64,000 nt of DNA, taken from assembly GCA_025594325.1 (NCBI GenBank), contig JANHCV010000015.1:248001-312000 (forward strand), written 5' to 3'. This DNA comes from Blastocladiella emersonii ATCC 22665 (lineage: Eukaryota; Fungi; Blastocladiomycota). A program made the translations under genes and the position numbers. Numbering within the stretch: the stretch's first letter is position 1; each line of letters starts with the position of its first letter. Of the stretch, positions 10,321 to 22,336 are shown in pieces. The notes under the pieces were generated by a model that saw nothing but the letters and a program-made list of their open reading frames with translations, was not told where the DNA came from and made no database searches.

Positions 10321-13300
10321 TCAAACCGACGCAGCCATCGCCGCCGCGATCCACTCCATATCCATCCCCGTCAGCGCACGGATCGCGTCTCGGTACTTTT
10401 CGAGCATCGCGCGCGCCATATCGCGCTGGCTGCGGTCGCCGCACCGGACGACGCCCGCGATCAGGGACGGCAGGATGTACGGGTCCCCGCCCGCAAGAAC
10501 CGCGCGGACATCGACGTGGACGTCCGCGTCGACGCCCGCCGCGACAACGGCCAGCGTCAGCTCGTCGTAGACGCGGTCGAGGTCCGCGAGCGGCACGATG
10601 CGCGGCGCGGGGAGGTCCGCGAACTCGGGGTCCGCCTCCGGGTTCGCGGGGCCGCGGAGCATAACGAACTGCGCAGCGGGGTTCGCGATCAGCCGCAGCG
10701 CATTGGCCGCCTGCCTGACGAGGACTTGGACGTCCGCGACCTCGGCGCCAGCGGCCGCCGCCGCGTCCGCCGCCATGTAGTAGCACCGCGCCGCGGTCCG
10801 GAAATCGGGCCCGCACTGGTGGTACATCGACCCCAACCGCTCGAGCCAGCGCGCGTGGTCGGCGTGGCTCGCGGGCTCGGCGGCCTTGGCGAGGAGCGCC
10901 GCCTCGATGTCGGCGATCGCGGGGCCGAACTCGAGCGTGCTGAAGTGCGCGTTGGTCAGGTGCGGCGCGAGGTGCGCAGCGGCGGCGCGGACGGCCGCGG
11001 GAGAGACCCCGGGGAGGGACTTGAGCTGCGCGACGGTCGCCGCGGCGGCGGGGACCTGGTGCGCGGCGAGCTGCGCGGCGAGGAGGCGCGACAGGACGCG
11101 GGCGGATTCCCCGACATCGCCCGCGGCGTGCGCGAGCTGGCGCGACAGGTGCGCGGCGGCCGCCGCGGCATGTGCGGGGGAGCGCTCGAGCGCCAAGGCC
11201 GCGGTATCGTGCAGGACGTACCACGGCGCGGACGCCACGGGCTCGGCGTCGCCGTGGAGCTCGCGCTCGAGTTCAGCCGCGCGCTGGAGGAGGTCGAGCC
11301 CGTGGTCGGACTCGGCGGGCGACTTGGCGGCGAGGACCGCGCTAAGGCCGTGGAGAAACGCGTGCTGCGGGGTCCCCTGTCGCGCGGCCGCGAGGAGCGC
11401 GGCGGTCGCGGACGCCGGGGCCGCGGCGACGAACTCGGCCTGCTGCGCATACGTCCAGTGGGTCGCGGCGCGCGCGGCGGCCGCGAGCTGGTCGGCGGCC
11501 CACCCCGTCACCTCCGCGGCCGGCGTGAGGACCGGGTCGAGGTTGAGCAGCGGGAGGACCTCGGGGACGACGAGGTCGGGCAAGGTGAAGAGCGGGCGGA
11601 GGCGCGCGACGAGTTCGGCGGGGTCGCACGGGACGACGCGCGAGAAGGCCGGGATCGCCGCCATCACGTGCACGACCGCGCGCGCGAGCGTCTGCGCCGC
11701 GCCCAGCAGGTCGTTGAGCAGCGGGCACAGGAGGTGCGGGACGGGGACGCCGTCAGCGGCAGAGCCCGATGCGGCGGCGGCGACGGCCGAGGTTTCGACG
11801 ATAAAGTTGAGGTGGTTCACGATCTCGCGGAAGTTGCGCGTGACGGCGTTGACGCGGTCGTTCTTGAGCGCGGCAAACTTGGCACACAGAGCGTTGAACG
11901 CCTCGGCCTCGTCGGCCTGGAGCAGCGCGATCCGCGCCTGAGCCCCCTCGCGGAGCGCGGCGAGGGCGGGCGCGTCGCCGCGCATCACGGCGTTGATCTG
12001 GGCCGCGGGGGCAACGGTCTCGCCGATGCGCTCGGCGAACCAGAACAGCTGGATAAAGTCCGGGTCGAGGTGCGGCAGGTACGCGGCGTGCGCGGCAAGG
12101 TCGCGGAACTCGGCGTTGTACGCAACCTCGAGCTCGGCGACCGTGTCCTCGAGCGGCGTCGACGCGCGCAGCAGGCCGAACCCGCCGCGCTTGATGATCC
12201 ACAGCATCGAGTGCGCGGGCGCGGGCTCGTAACCGGTGGTGATGCCGGGGACCTCGGTCTCGTCGTCGTCGTCCATGTCCACGTCGCCGTCGCGGTCAGC
12301 GGAAGCGACGGGCGAGCCGCCGCGCTTCTGCTCGACGCGCACGAACCGGACGCCGCGGAGGTACGCCGACACGAACTTGTGGACGAACATGGTGACGTGC
12401 GTGTGCGCGACGGCGGTCGACGTGACGACGGACCCGGCGCTGCTGCTGGACGCGTTGGTGGTGGACCGCGACGCGTCGATCGCGGAAACCTCGGGCCCCG
12501 CGTTGCCCAGCGCGAGCTGGCGCGCGTAGTCCTCAGCGACACCCTCGACGGTCAACGGGCTGGCGCCAGCGACGCCGAGGTGGTAGACGGGGACGTTGAA
12601 CTCGGCGCATAAGGCGCGGAGGGCGAGCTGGTGGAGGTCTGCGGCGGGCGCGTTGGCGGCGGCGAGGTCGCGGTCGACAGCGCGGTCGAGGTCCGCCGCG
12701 ACGGGCGACCAGACGGTTTCGCCGGACGTCCACGCGACGGTGACGGAGGCGGTGCGCGGGCCGGTGAAGAGGGCAGCGACGGTGGTGGGCGAGATCCAGC
12801 CGGCGTCGGCGAAGGCGAGCAGGCCGTCGCCCGCGTGCTTGTCGTCGGGGAGGCCCGACGAGGGGACGACCTGCAGGTCGCTCACGTGCGCGGTGTCGTT
12901 GAGGAGGAAAACGGACGCGACGGAGAAGGCCCCCGCGGTCGACCGGAACAGGATGCGGCCGGGCCCGACGTGCATCGAGGCGAGGTTGGTCGCGGCGAGC
13001 GCGCGCTCGACGACGAGTGTGTGTTCGACGAGGTGGTACAGGCGCAGCGACGAGTTGGACATGAGGACGCCGAGGTACGCCTGGTCGTCGACGGGGACGA
13101 TGGCCATGTCGACGGGTGCGGCGCGCGAGAAGAGCGACTTGACGAGGTGCGCGGCACCCGCGGCGCTCAGGAAAAAGTCGGGGTCGAGCGAGCGCACGAC
13201 GAAGGAGACTAGTCACAGTGCGTTAGCGCGTTTCGCAAACGGCTCTCAACTACCACAAGACGTACCCGATCCGCTCCACGAGTCCGACTCCTTGCGCGGC

Positions 13301-13974
13301 GTCCACTTCTCGTCGATGCGCATCACGGCAATCTCGTTGGTCTCGCTGGCCATGGTAAACACAGCGTCGCCGTGCGCGACGACGAGCCGGGGCCGGCGCG
13401 TCTTGATGTACCCGACGGACGTGCCGGCGACCTTGGCGTGCGGCGCGGGGAGCGCCTTGGCGACGCGGCGGCGGTACGGGTGCGCCGCCGCATCCCCCAG
13501 CACCTCGACGGGCGGGATCCGGATGCGGACCGACAGCAGGCGCGCGTCCCACGTCAGGAGCAGCACGTCCAGGACATCTCCCTTGTTGTCAGCCGCGGGC
13601 GTAGCGCGGACGAGGTGCACGCCCTGGAGGCCGTGGAGGTGGACGGCGATCCGGCGGGTCGCGCTGGGCCGGGCGGCGGCGACGACGAGGTGCAGGCGCG
13701 CGCCCGGGACCGACGCGGTGCGGGCGGACCACGGCAGCGCCGCCTCGCCCCACTGCTCGAGGTACCAGTGGACCGGGTGGTCGCGCAGGAAGAAGACGCC
13801 GGCGGGGACGCCGCGCCAGTCGGCGGGCAGCGGCGGCGCGGGCTCGGCGGCGGCGGCCGCGGATGAGGAAGCGGCGGCGGGCCCGTAGACGTCAACGGGC
13901 GTGTACACGAGGTGGTGCTCCCAGCCGAGGAGCACCGTCGTCTCGCGGGCCGCGGGGGCGGCGGGGGCGGCCAT
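10321..13974 (-). CDS. Nup120/Nup160-like nucleoporin; intron 13209-13265
   Basis: Two ORFs joined by a GTACG...CTAAC...TAG intron, giving about 1200 aa. A propeller-like N-terminus (SNSSLRLYHL) precedes a helical C-terminus with LGSMYHQCGPDFRTAARCYY. Confidence 0.55.
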
Positions 13975-14234
13975 TCTGACGAGGTGATCGCAGGGGGAAT
14001 ACGTTGCAGCAAGTGGGTGCCCGGGCGTGCTGGCGAGAGCGGCCGGTAGGGAGGGGCAGAAAGGGACGGGGAGATGAGCGCGAACGGCGCGACGGAGTCC
14101 GCGGTCGCAGCTGCCGCCGTCCAGAAATCAGTCGGGCTCACCTGACGCATCCGCGTAGCATCTCGTATGTATATGATGGAGTGTATAGGATACTGGCAGT
14201 GGAAAACAAATAGTAGCGACAAAACTGGGCGGGG

Positions 14235-15491
14235 CTATTCTGGCTTGGCAGCCTTGGCGGCCTCCTTGTCGGCCTCGGCGCGGACGCGCGCGGCGAAGGC
14301 GTCGTTAGCGCCCTCGCGGTTGCGGGCCACCTCGATGAGGTAGAACTGGCCCATGGACACGATGACCATGTTGTCGTCCTGGTACACGTCCCGGGCGCGG
14401 ACGCGGATCAGCGTCGACGCGGAGGCGCTGCTGGCGCCGGCACCCGCCGCGCTCTTGGCCGCGGCCTTGGGCAGCCACGCCGCGACCGTGTGGATCGTGT
14501 CGATCCACTTGGCCTGCTCGACGGGGTCGAGGAGCGCGACCGGGTCGAGCTCGGTGACGTCGTAGTCGGGGAACGCGGCGCGGAAGGCGCCGTGGACCGC
14601 CGCGTCGTCGCGCGTCAGCCGCACCGCGTCGGCGCCGTGCCGCGTCATGCGCGTCGAGTACTCCTCGGCGTGCTTGATGGCGCGCTTGGCCCACTCGATG
14701 CGGTCCGCCGGGATCGTCTGGTACATCTTGGCCTCGGCCAGCGCCTCGAGGTCCGGGTCCACCTCGGGCGAGTCCGACACGGGCTTCTTGCCCTTCTTCT
14801 TCTTCTTGTTGGTCTTCTTGGCGGCGGCGGCGGGGGTCGCGGCGTCGTCGGTCTCGGCCTCGACGGACGGTACTGGGACAGCGGCCGCTTCCCGTGGTGG
14901 CTCCGCGTCCTTCTCGCTGTTCACCTGGACAGCAGCCGCAGCAGACTTGGCCTCGGGCGCCGGAGACACGGCGCGCGGCGCTGCGGGCGCAGCATCGACG
15001 GCAGCCGGTGCCCTCGGGACTGCCTTCTTGGACGGAGCGTGGGAATTGGACGAAGCAGGAGCAGCAGACGACTTGCCCATGGCCTTGCTCTTCGACTTGC
15101 CGTTAGCCGACGTCGGGGACCCACCGGGCGGCGACGGCGTGGGCGAGGACCCGCCGGGCGGCGACGGCGCCTTGACCGCGTCCGCGTACGAGAACCCGTT
15201 GGCCGACGAGGGCGACACGAGTGCGGGCTCGGTGGGCGTCTCGGGGCGGTTCTCAGCGGACGCCGTCTCGGCCGATGGCGACACGGCGGCGGGCTCCTCG
15301 GTGGCGACGATGGTGGCGGCCACGGCCTTGTGCAGGGTCTGCGTCGCCTGCGTCTTCATGCGCATCTCGGGCTCCGCGACAAGCTGCTGCTCCTCCTTCT
15401 TGAGCTGCTGGGCGGCCTTCTTGGCCGACGGCGTGGCGCCCGGGAACGGCGCGGGTTGCCGGCGCGCGTTGGCCGAGCGTGGGGGCGCCAT
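14235..15491 (-). CDS. Low-complexity protein with C-terminal PBDC1 (DUF757)-like domain
   Basis: C-terminal TLIRV...YQDDNMVIVSMGQFYLIEVARNREGAND matches the PBDC1/YPL225W signature. Confidence 0.65.
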   Translation of the reverse strand: MAPPRSANARRQPAPFPGATPSAKKAAQQLKKEEQQLVAEPEMRMKTQATQTLHKAVAATIVATEEPAAVSPSAETASAENRPETPTEPALVSPSSANGFSYADAVKAPSPPGGSSPTPSPPGGSPTSANGKSKSKAMGKSSAAPASSNSHAPSKKAVPRAPAAVDAAPAAPRAVSPAPEAKSAAAAVQVNSEKDAEPPREAAAVPVPSVEAETDDAATPAAAAKKTNKKKKKGKKPVSDSPEVDPDLEALAEAKMYQTIPADRIEWAKRAIKHAEEYSTRMTRHGADAVRLTRDDAAVHGAFRAAFPDYDVTELDPVALLDPVEQAKWIDTIHTVAAWLPKAAAKSAAGAGASSASASTLIRVRARDVYQDDNMVIVSMGQFYLIEVARNREGANDAFAARVRAEADKEAAKAAKPE

Positions 15492-15847
15492 GCTGCTGCG
15501 AGAGTGGTAGTCGTGGGATACAGTCGATGATCCGTCCGTCCGGCGGGCGTAGTAGGGTTGATGCGTGGGCTCCGTAGTGTAGCTTGCCTGGTTGTGGTGG
15601 CGAAGGGAGGGGAGAGGGAGAGCGAGTGCGGCGTAGGGTGGGCGAGCAAGGGCGCCTCGCGTGCGCGCCGCCGCCGCCGCCGCCGCTGCAGCGACGCCCA
15701 CGGCCATGAAGCGTGCGCATGTGACCGCCGCCCATGCGCTTTGCGCCACACTTGCGTGCGCGCTTGCCTGCTCGCTTCCGCTCTCCCGCGCGCTTGGCGT
15801 GCGCCGATCGAGTGACGTTGCAAGCACAAACCCGTGTCTATTCATCA

Positions 15848-17621
15848 TCATTCACTGTCCAGCTCGTCGACCTCCTCGGGCTCAAAGGCCTCGTCGCTAC
15901 CGCCTTCACTCTCGCTGTCGGTGATTACTACCGCGTGCCGGCTCCGGATCGCCTTGGGCCGCGGCGGGGCCTCCAGTGGACGAAGCGGTGCAGCTTGTTG
16001 TGTTGGTGCCGGTGCCGGTGCCGGTGCCGGTGCCGGTGCCGGTGGAGTCGGGGGACTGGGCGGCGACGGGGCCCTCGACGGCGACGGGATCGGTGCTGGT
16101 GTCGCTGGAGCTGGAGCAGGTGTCCGCCGCCGCCGTGGCGGGACGACGGATGCCGCTGCGGCTGCCGCTGCTGCTGCTGCGGCCGCTGCTGCCGTGGCCC
16201 TGCGCCGCGAGCTCACTGCTGCAGGTGCCGCGGGTGCCGCGGGTGCCGGAGCCCTGCGCCGCGACTTGGGCACGACCGCCGCGTGTTCTGGCTCCGCTTC
16301 CGCCTCCGCGTCGGCGCGGCGGCGGAGATCGAGCGGCTCGACGTTCGGGTGGTCGGCGGGCAGCGCCTCGAAGACGGGTTCCTTGCACAAAAAGGGCACG
16401 ACGGGCGCCTGGGTGACGGCGGGGTCGAGCTTGTCGATGAACCTTAGCGGCTCGCTGCACCGCTTGCACTTGGCGGTGCGCTTGTCCTCGTCGTCGTCGG
16501 GTTTCGCGGCCTTGGCTTTCGAGAGCGCGCGCATGTCGGCGATCTTGTAGCAGTGGCCGCAGTACGCGAGCCGTTGCCTGGACGTCGCACGTGTGGGTTA
16601 GGAGAGGCGTCCGTGGATGAGCGAGGCGACGCGCGACGTACCGCAGCGAGCGGCGGCACATATAGCACATGTGGATCCGCACGTAGCCGCCGACCGAGTC
16701 GAGGTACATGAACACGGGCAGCGTGCCGTCCAGCGTGCTCGTCGACACGCGCCGGCAGCACACGCACCACCGCGGGTTGCGCGACAGCTCGACCACGGCT
16801 ATTCAGGGGTACCGCGTCAGTCATTCGTCTCGGAGACCGCGATGAGAGGGTGCACGTACGCCGATCCTCGACAATCGGCCGCGCAGCAGGGAACCCGCGT
16901 GGGGACCGGTCGCCGCGCCGCGGCTTCTTTGCCGCCGCCTCCTTCCTGGCACTCGCCTCCGCCTCCTCCTCGGCGGCACGCTTCCTGGCACTCCTGCGCG
17001 GACCAGCGGCAGGAGCAGCAGGAGCAAGAACCGCATCCACCTCCTTTTCACCCTCGCCCGCATCTGACTCGTCCCCGGCCTCCGCCGCGCGCGCGAGCGC
17101 AATCTTCTGGCGTCGGTTGCGGCGCAGCGACTGCCGCTTGCGGACGAGCGCGTCGGGCGCCTCGGTGCGCCGCGTGCCGAGCTCCTCGCGGAGCGCCGCC
17201 ATCTCGGCCTCGACCGTCATGAACTCGGGGTCGGCGTCCGAATCGGTCGCGGGCGCGAGCGGCGGGGTAGGCGGGAGTGGGACTCGTGTGGGTGGGGTGG
17301 CGGTGGTGTGGCGGTCGAGGCACGCTTGCGCGAGGAGTCCTAGCGACGGCACCGAGGGTCAGGAGGAGGCAGGGGCGGGTGGGCACGGGAGAGAGGTTGC
17401 ATACCGACGCATACGAGCGCACTGGCATCGAGCCGGCGGAACGCTTCGGGGGCGCACACGCGCGTCGAGAGCAGGTTGATGGACGCGAGCAGACCCTCGG
17501 TCGGCCACACGGCCGCGTCGTCCGACTCGCCTTCGCTTTCGCTCTCGCTCTCGCTCTGGCTGGGGCTGGACTCGTCGGAGGAGCTCTTTGCTTCAGGTTG
17601 CATGCGGTTACGTCGCTTCAT
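15848..17621 (-). CDS. Multi-exon protein with Cys-pair (zinc-finger-like) motifs
   Basis: ATG 17621 and intron 17340-17404 join ORFs, with further GTACG introns near 16.8 and 16.6 kb. Motifs CVCC, CYMC, CGHC and CKRC, plus a Pro/Ala-rich tail. Confidence 0.5.
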
Positions 17622-17767
17622 GGTTGCGTGTTTGTGAAGGGCTCGAGTGAAGGCAGCGGTGGGACGAAGATCCGACCGACCGAGCGAACGGAACGCTCAC
17701 CTGATGTCTCGCGTCTCACAGACGCGTCCGCTTCCTCCTCTCTCGTGTACATTACTCCACCCCATCA

Positions 17768-19709
17768 TCACCTGCCGCTCCCACCACTCCGCTTCGCCGC
17801 CGCCGTCGGCCGGCGTCTCCGCCACTCCTTCCCCCCGGTCTTCTTATCGAGCTCATCCTCGAGGTACGCCATGAGCGTGGCGCGGCCCGCGAGCGCAATG
17901 TTGATGGGCGGCGACTGGAACGGGTTGTCGGCGATCTCGAACACCGACAGGTCCGTGAGCAGGCACAGCTCGGGCGGGAGCGTCGACAGCTGGTTGTGCG
18001 CGACGTCGAGCTTGGACAGGTTCTGGAACTCGCCGATCGAGGATGGAAGGGTTGTGAGCGAGTTGTTGCGGCATTCGAGGGTTGTCAGGCGGACCATTTT
18101 GCTACACCCAGGAGAGTGTTAGGTTGGAGAGGTGTGAAAGTGGGAGTGGCGCGTACCCGATGGACCCGGGCAACTCGCGCAGCTTGTTGTGGTTGAGCAG
18201 CAGCTTCTCGAGGTACACGAGCGCGCCGACGCCCTCGGGCAGCTCCTTGAGCATGTTGGTGGACAGATCGAGTTCCGTCAGCGACACGAGCTGGGTGATC
18301 TCGGCCGGGAGCACTTCGATGTTGTTCTCGCTACACGGCTCGAGATTAGTTCATCGCCCTAGCTACTGCGCCCAAAAACCGTACCTGACGACGAGTTTGG
18401 AGATGAGCCGCCAGTTGACAATCGACCCGGGGAAGCTCGACGAGTACAGCTGGTTCTGGCGCAGGTCGAGGTGGACCAGCGCTGCAGAGTACCCGAGCGA
18501 CTCGGGGATCCCGCGGATCGAGCACCCGCTCGCGTCGATGCGCTCGAGCTTGGCCAGCGCGCCAATGTTTTCTACACACACGCCCAGAGTCAGAAACCGT
18601 TCCGTCACTCGACACCCGTGAAACGTACCGGTCAGCGACTCGATCTGCGAGTTATCCTTCATCCCGAGCTCGCGCAGCTCGGCCCACTGCTCAATGTAGA
18701 TGGGCAGGCCCTCCATCTTGGTGTTGCGGAAGTTGACGACCTGCAGCTCAGTGAGCGCCGCGAGCGAGTCGGGCCACCCGTTCAGCTCGCGGTTGTCCTC
18801 GATGTCGAGCACCTTGAGCTTGTGCAGGTTGCCCACTGTGCACGACGCGAGGTGAGGGTCTGGTACTGCAGGAAAGAGGCGTGAGACGTACGACTCGGCG
18901 ACAGCGAACGCAGGCGGTTGAACCCGAGGTACAGCTCGTTGAGGCACGCGAGGTTGCCGAGCGAGTCGGGCGTGATGGAGAGCAGGTTGCCGTTGATCCG
19001 GAGTATCTATACACACGCTCGCGTCAGAGCGATTCCACTCATACTGCAAGCCGCCACGTACCCGCAGCTCGTGCAGCCGGCCTATGTCGGCCTGCAGGAC
19101 CTTGATCTTGTTCTCGCTGAGGCCAAGCGTTTGCAGGTTCGCGAGGAGGAACAGCACGTCGGGCGCGGCCTGGAACTCGTTGTGCGACAGGTTCAGGTGC
19201 ACCAGGCGTTGCAGGTCGCCGAGTTCCTTGGGTATCTCTCTACCGTTTCGAGTGTGTGAGTGGGGGAGGATTGCAGGGATACCGAGAAGCGTACTCGAGC
19301 TGGTTGTGACTGAGATCCAGGCTCTCGAGGTTGACGAGCTTGGAGATCATGGGCGAGATCGGGGTGAAGAAGAGGCGGTTGTGCGAGAGGTCGAGCGACA
19401 TGAGCTGCAGCACCTCGCACAGGTCGATGGGGAACGCGTTGAACACATTTCGGCTCAGGTTGAGCGACACGAGCAAGGGGAGTTCGGCTAGTCGCGCGCG
19501 CGTCAGTCGTTGCCTCCACGCGGGCGCCGTAGCAAAAGCGTACTGATGCACTTGGTCAGGTCCGACAGCTTGTTCTCGCTGAGGTCGAGCTCCTCGCACT
19601 TGGTGAGCTTCCTGAGCTGCTTGGGCAGCTGCGCCAGGTTGTGCTTGGACAGGTCGACGCGCGGCTGCTTGCGCGCCTTGTCGAGCTCCTTTTCGAGTAC
19701 ATTGCCCAT
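17768..19709 (-). CDS. Multi-exon leucine-rich-repeat protein (SHOC2/RSU1-like repeats)
   Basis: Repeated LxxLxLxxNxLxxLP in successive exons; begins MGNVLEKEL. Confidence 0.85.
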
Positions 19710-20006
19710 GGTTGCGGCTTACATGCGAGTCCGTTGCTGGGAGGAAGACGAGCTGATGCGCGTTGCAACGCGACGTGACGAAGAACGAGAGACAGAACGT
19801 GACCGCGTCGAGCACCTGCCACTCCCGTCGGCGATGCGAGGCAGGGCCGAAATCTCTTCGAGCGTGGCCTCGCGCTAGCCGACCTCTCACTACTACTGCA
19901 TCCCGGGGAGGACGGGGCGGCATCACACTATCTGCAACGCATCGACGCTGTTATATATACCACGCCTCCCGCCCGAGGTTGCTGTCTACCCGCCACACCC
20001 GCCACC

Positions 20007-20586
20007 ATGTCATCCAGTCGAGTTCGGTTCTGCCCCGAATGGTAACGGCCCGCTCTCAGTCGTCGTCGCTGCTGTTGGTGGGACGCCGTCGCCGTCGCTG
20101 TGGTCGGCGAGCGATGGGGTGTCCTGTGACGTGAGCTGTTGTAAGGACGGGCACTGACGCGGTGCTGTGTGCGCGCCCCTCCTCCAGCCTCAACCTGCTG
20201 TACGCGCGCGAGGACCGCCACGAGGGCCGGCTGCTGTACGGGTGCCGGCGGTGCGGGCACCAGGAGGAGGCCATGGACATGGTCGTGTACCGCCACGAGA
20301 TTGCCATCTCGGACGCGTACGTCGCCACGGTTATCACATTCCCCCTCCGCTCCCTCATCCTCGACGCGCCTGTGTGTGTAGCGGTGAGACGTCGCGCGCG
20401 CGCGATCTCGTCACCGACTCGACGCTGCCTAAGGCCAAGCTCCCGTGCCCGAGCTGCGGGTGGCGCGAGTGCGTCTACTTCCAGTCGCGGTCGCAGCACA
20501 AGGACGCCAAGATGACCCTCTTCTACGTGTGCTGCAAGACCGACTGCTTGCACAAGTGGAGCTCGGTCGAGGCCAAGCGGAAATGA
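20007..20586 (+). CDS. RPB9: RNA polymerase II subunit RPB9 (3 exons)
   Basis: Spliced FCPECLNLLY...GCRRC and DSTLP...CPSC...VYFQS...MTLFYVC zinc ribbons. Confidence 0.9.
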
Positions 20587-20852
20587 GTTCGGGATGGTCG
20601 CGGTCGCGGCGGCGACGACGAGTCGCCCGCGAGATAAGCTGGAATAGGATTCTCGTGTACCCTTGTGTACTATCGCCCCCTCCCTCCTTCATGCGCGATA
20701 GAGAGCGAGAGTCATGTCCCTGTGATACTGCGGCTTGGTCGACGTCAACACGGCCGCCGCTTCAGCCGCCGCTCCCCCATGGCGCGGCCCTCGCTCCCCG
20801 CGATGGAACTCGACTCTCCATGTAACTTGATGCACCCTTGCACCCTCTGCCC

Positions 20853-22230
20853 ATGGCGTCCATAGGCACCTCCATCTTTGCCGCGACGCGCGCCGTGCTC
20901 AAGGTCGCCCTGGCCTGCGGTAAGCTCCCCCTTCCCTCGTCGCGACACGCGCTCACACCCTGACCACCACCTTCACGCGGACACAGGTACCGGCGCCCTC
21001 GCCTTCAAGTCGGGCATGTTCGACGCGCCGTCGATGAAAGTCATGTCGGGGCTATACGTGCGGCTGCTGATCCCGTGCCTCATGTTCGCGAAATCGGCCG
21101 TGGCCATCACCCCCGCGAACGTGCCGTACCTCGTGCACCTCGTCGCCTTCTCGGTCGGCTACCTTGCGCTCGGCCACGTCGTCGGCGCCGTGCTCGTGTG
21201 GTGGCTGCGCGATTCCCTGCCGCGCCATTTCCGGCGGACTTTGATCCCCGTCGCCGCGTTCGGGAACCACGGTGACTTGATCCTGTCGATCCTGTACACG
21301 GTCGGCGACTCTCCGCCGTTCCGGAAGGGCGACGCGGCGCTCGGGGTCGCGCTCGTGGCCGTGTTCCTCACCGCGTTCAACGTCATCTTCTTCTCGTCGG
21401 GCGTCGGACACTTCCAGGCCGACGTCGCGCATCTGGAAGTGGAGGAGGCCGTCGAGCTGAGTCTCCGCGCGGCGACGCCGGTGCCCGAGGAGGACGAGGA
21501 GGACGTGAAGCGGCCCGCGTCGCGTAGCCGTGACGACGCGGCTGGCCCGTCTTCGTCGGCTGCCGAGTCCACGATCCCGCTCGTCCCGCTCGACGAATCC
21601 GCGGCATCACCACCACCGCTGCGACCTCACTCGCTGCCCCGCCGCATCGCCGCCTCGCTCTCCGCGTTCTTCCGCCGTGCGACGCAGCACCCCGCGATCG
21701 CGTCACTCATGAACCTGCCGAACCTCGGGCTATTCCTGGGCCTGTTCGTTGCGCTGGTACCCGGCGTCGGTCCGCTCGTCGCGGGCTCGAAATCCGCACC
21801 GCTCTCCTTCCTGTACGACGCGGCCGACTTTTTGGGGTCCGCGGCGGTCCCGCTCAGCATGACCATTTTCGGCGCGTCGCTAACGACGCTCGAGACGGAC
21901 GCGGCCGCGTGGCGCGAGTTCCCCGGGATCCTGCGCGCGCTCGTCGCGGTGCTCGTGTTCCGGCTCGTGCTGATGCCCGTGGCCGGGGTCGCGGCGGTCG
22001 AGGCGGCGGTCAGGGGTGGGTGGATTCCGCGCGACCAAAAGATGCTCAGGTTTATCCTCATGATCGAGGCGTGTGTGCCCACGGCGCAGCTGTGCCTCAT
22101 CATGACCAAGTTCTACCACCCGCGCGGGGAGGCGAAGGAGGTGGCGGCTGTCATGCTCGCGCAGTATGCCGCGTGCTTTGTGACGTTGACGGCGAGTTTG
22201 AGCTTTATTCTCAACCTGCTCAGCGACTAG
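20853..22230 (+). CDS. Auxin efflux carrier (AEC/PILS, Mem_trans) family membrane transporter; intron 20920-20986
   Basis: Two blocks of five hydrophobic helices around a charged loop, with motifs LLIPCLMF, AFGNHGDL, GSAAVPL and EACVPTA. Confidence 0.85.
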
Positions 22231-22336
22231 GCGTTTTGGACTCTTGAATATATCAATACCGCGTGATGGGATGGGATGGTGATACTCGTGCATTCTCAGC
22301 GCAACAGCTCAACTCTCAGGCAACGACCGCGCGCGC

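Noticed and set aside
10516-12612. Long antisense ORFs (also 36700-38211, 52349-53806, 54344-56224, 55402-57180, 31778-33451)
   Set aside because: These are expected shadows of GC-rich coding sequence on the other strand or frame. They are low-complexity R/G/A-rich translations with no motifs.
16006-16043. GGTGCC hexamer microsatellite
   Set aside because: It encodes a Pro-Ala linker within a host CDS and is ordinary low complexity.
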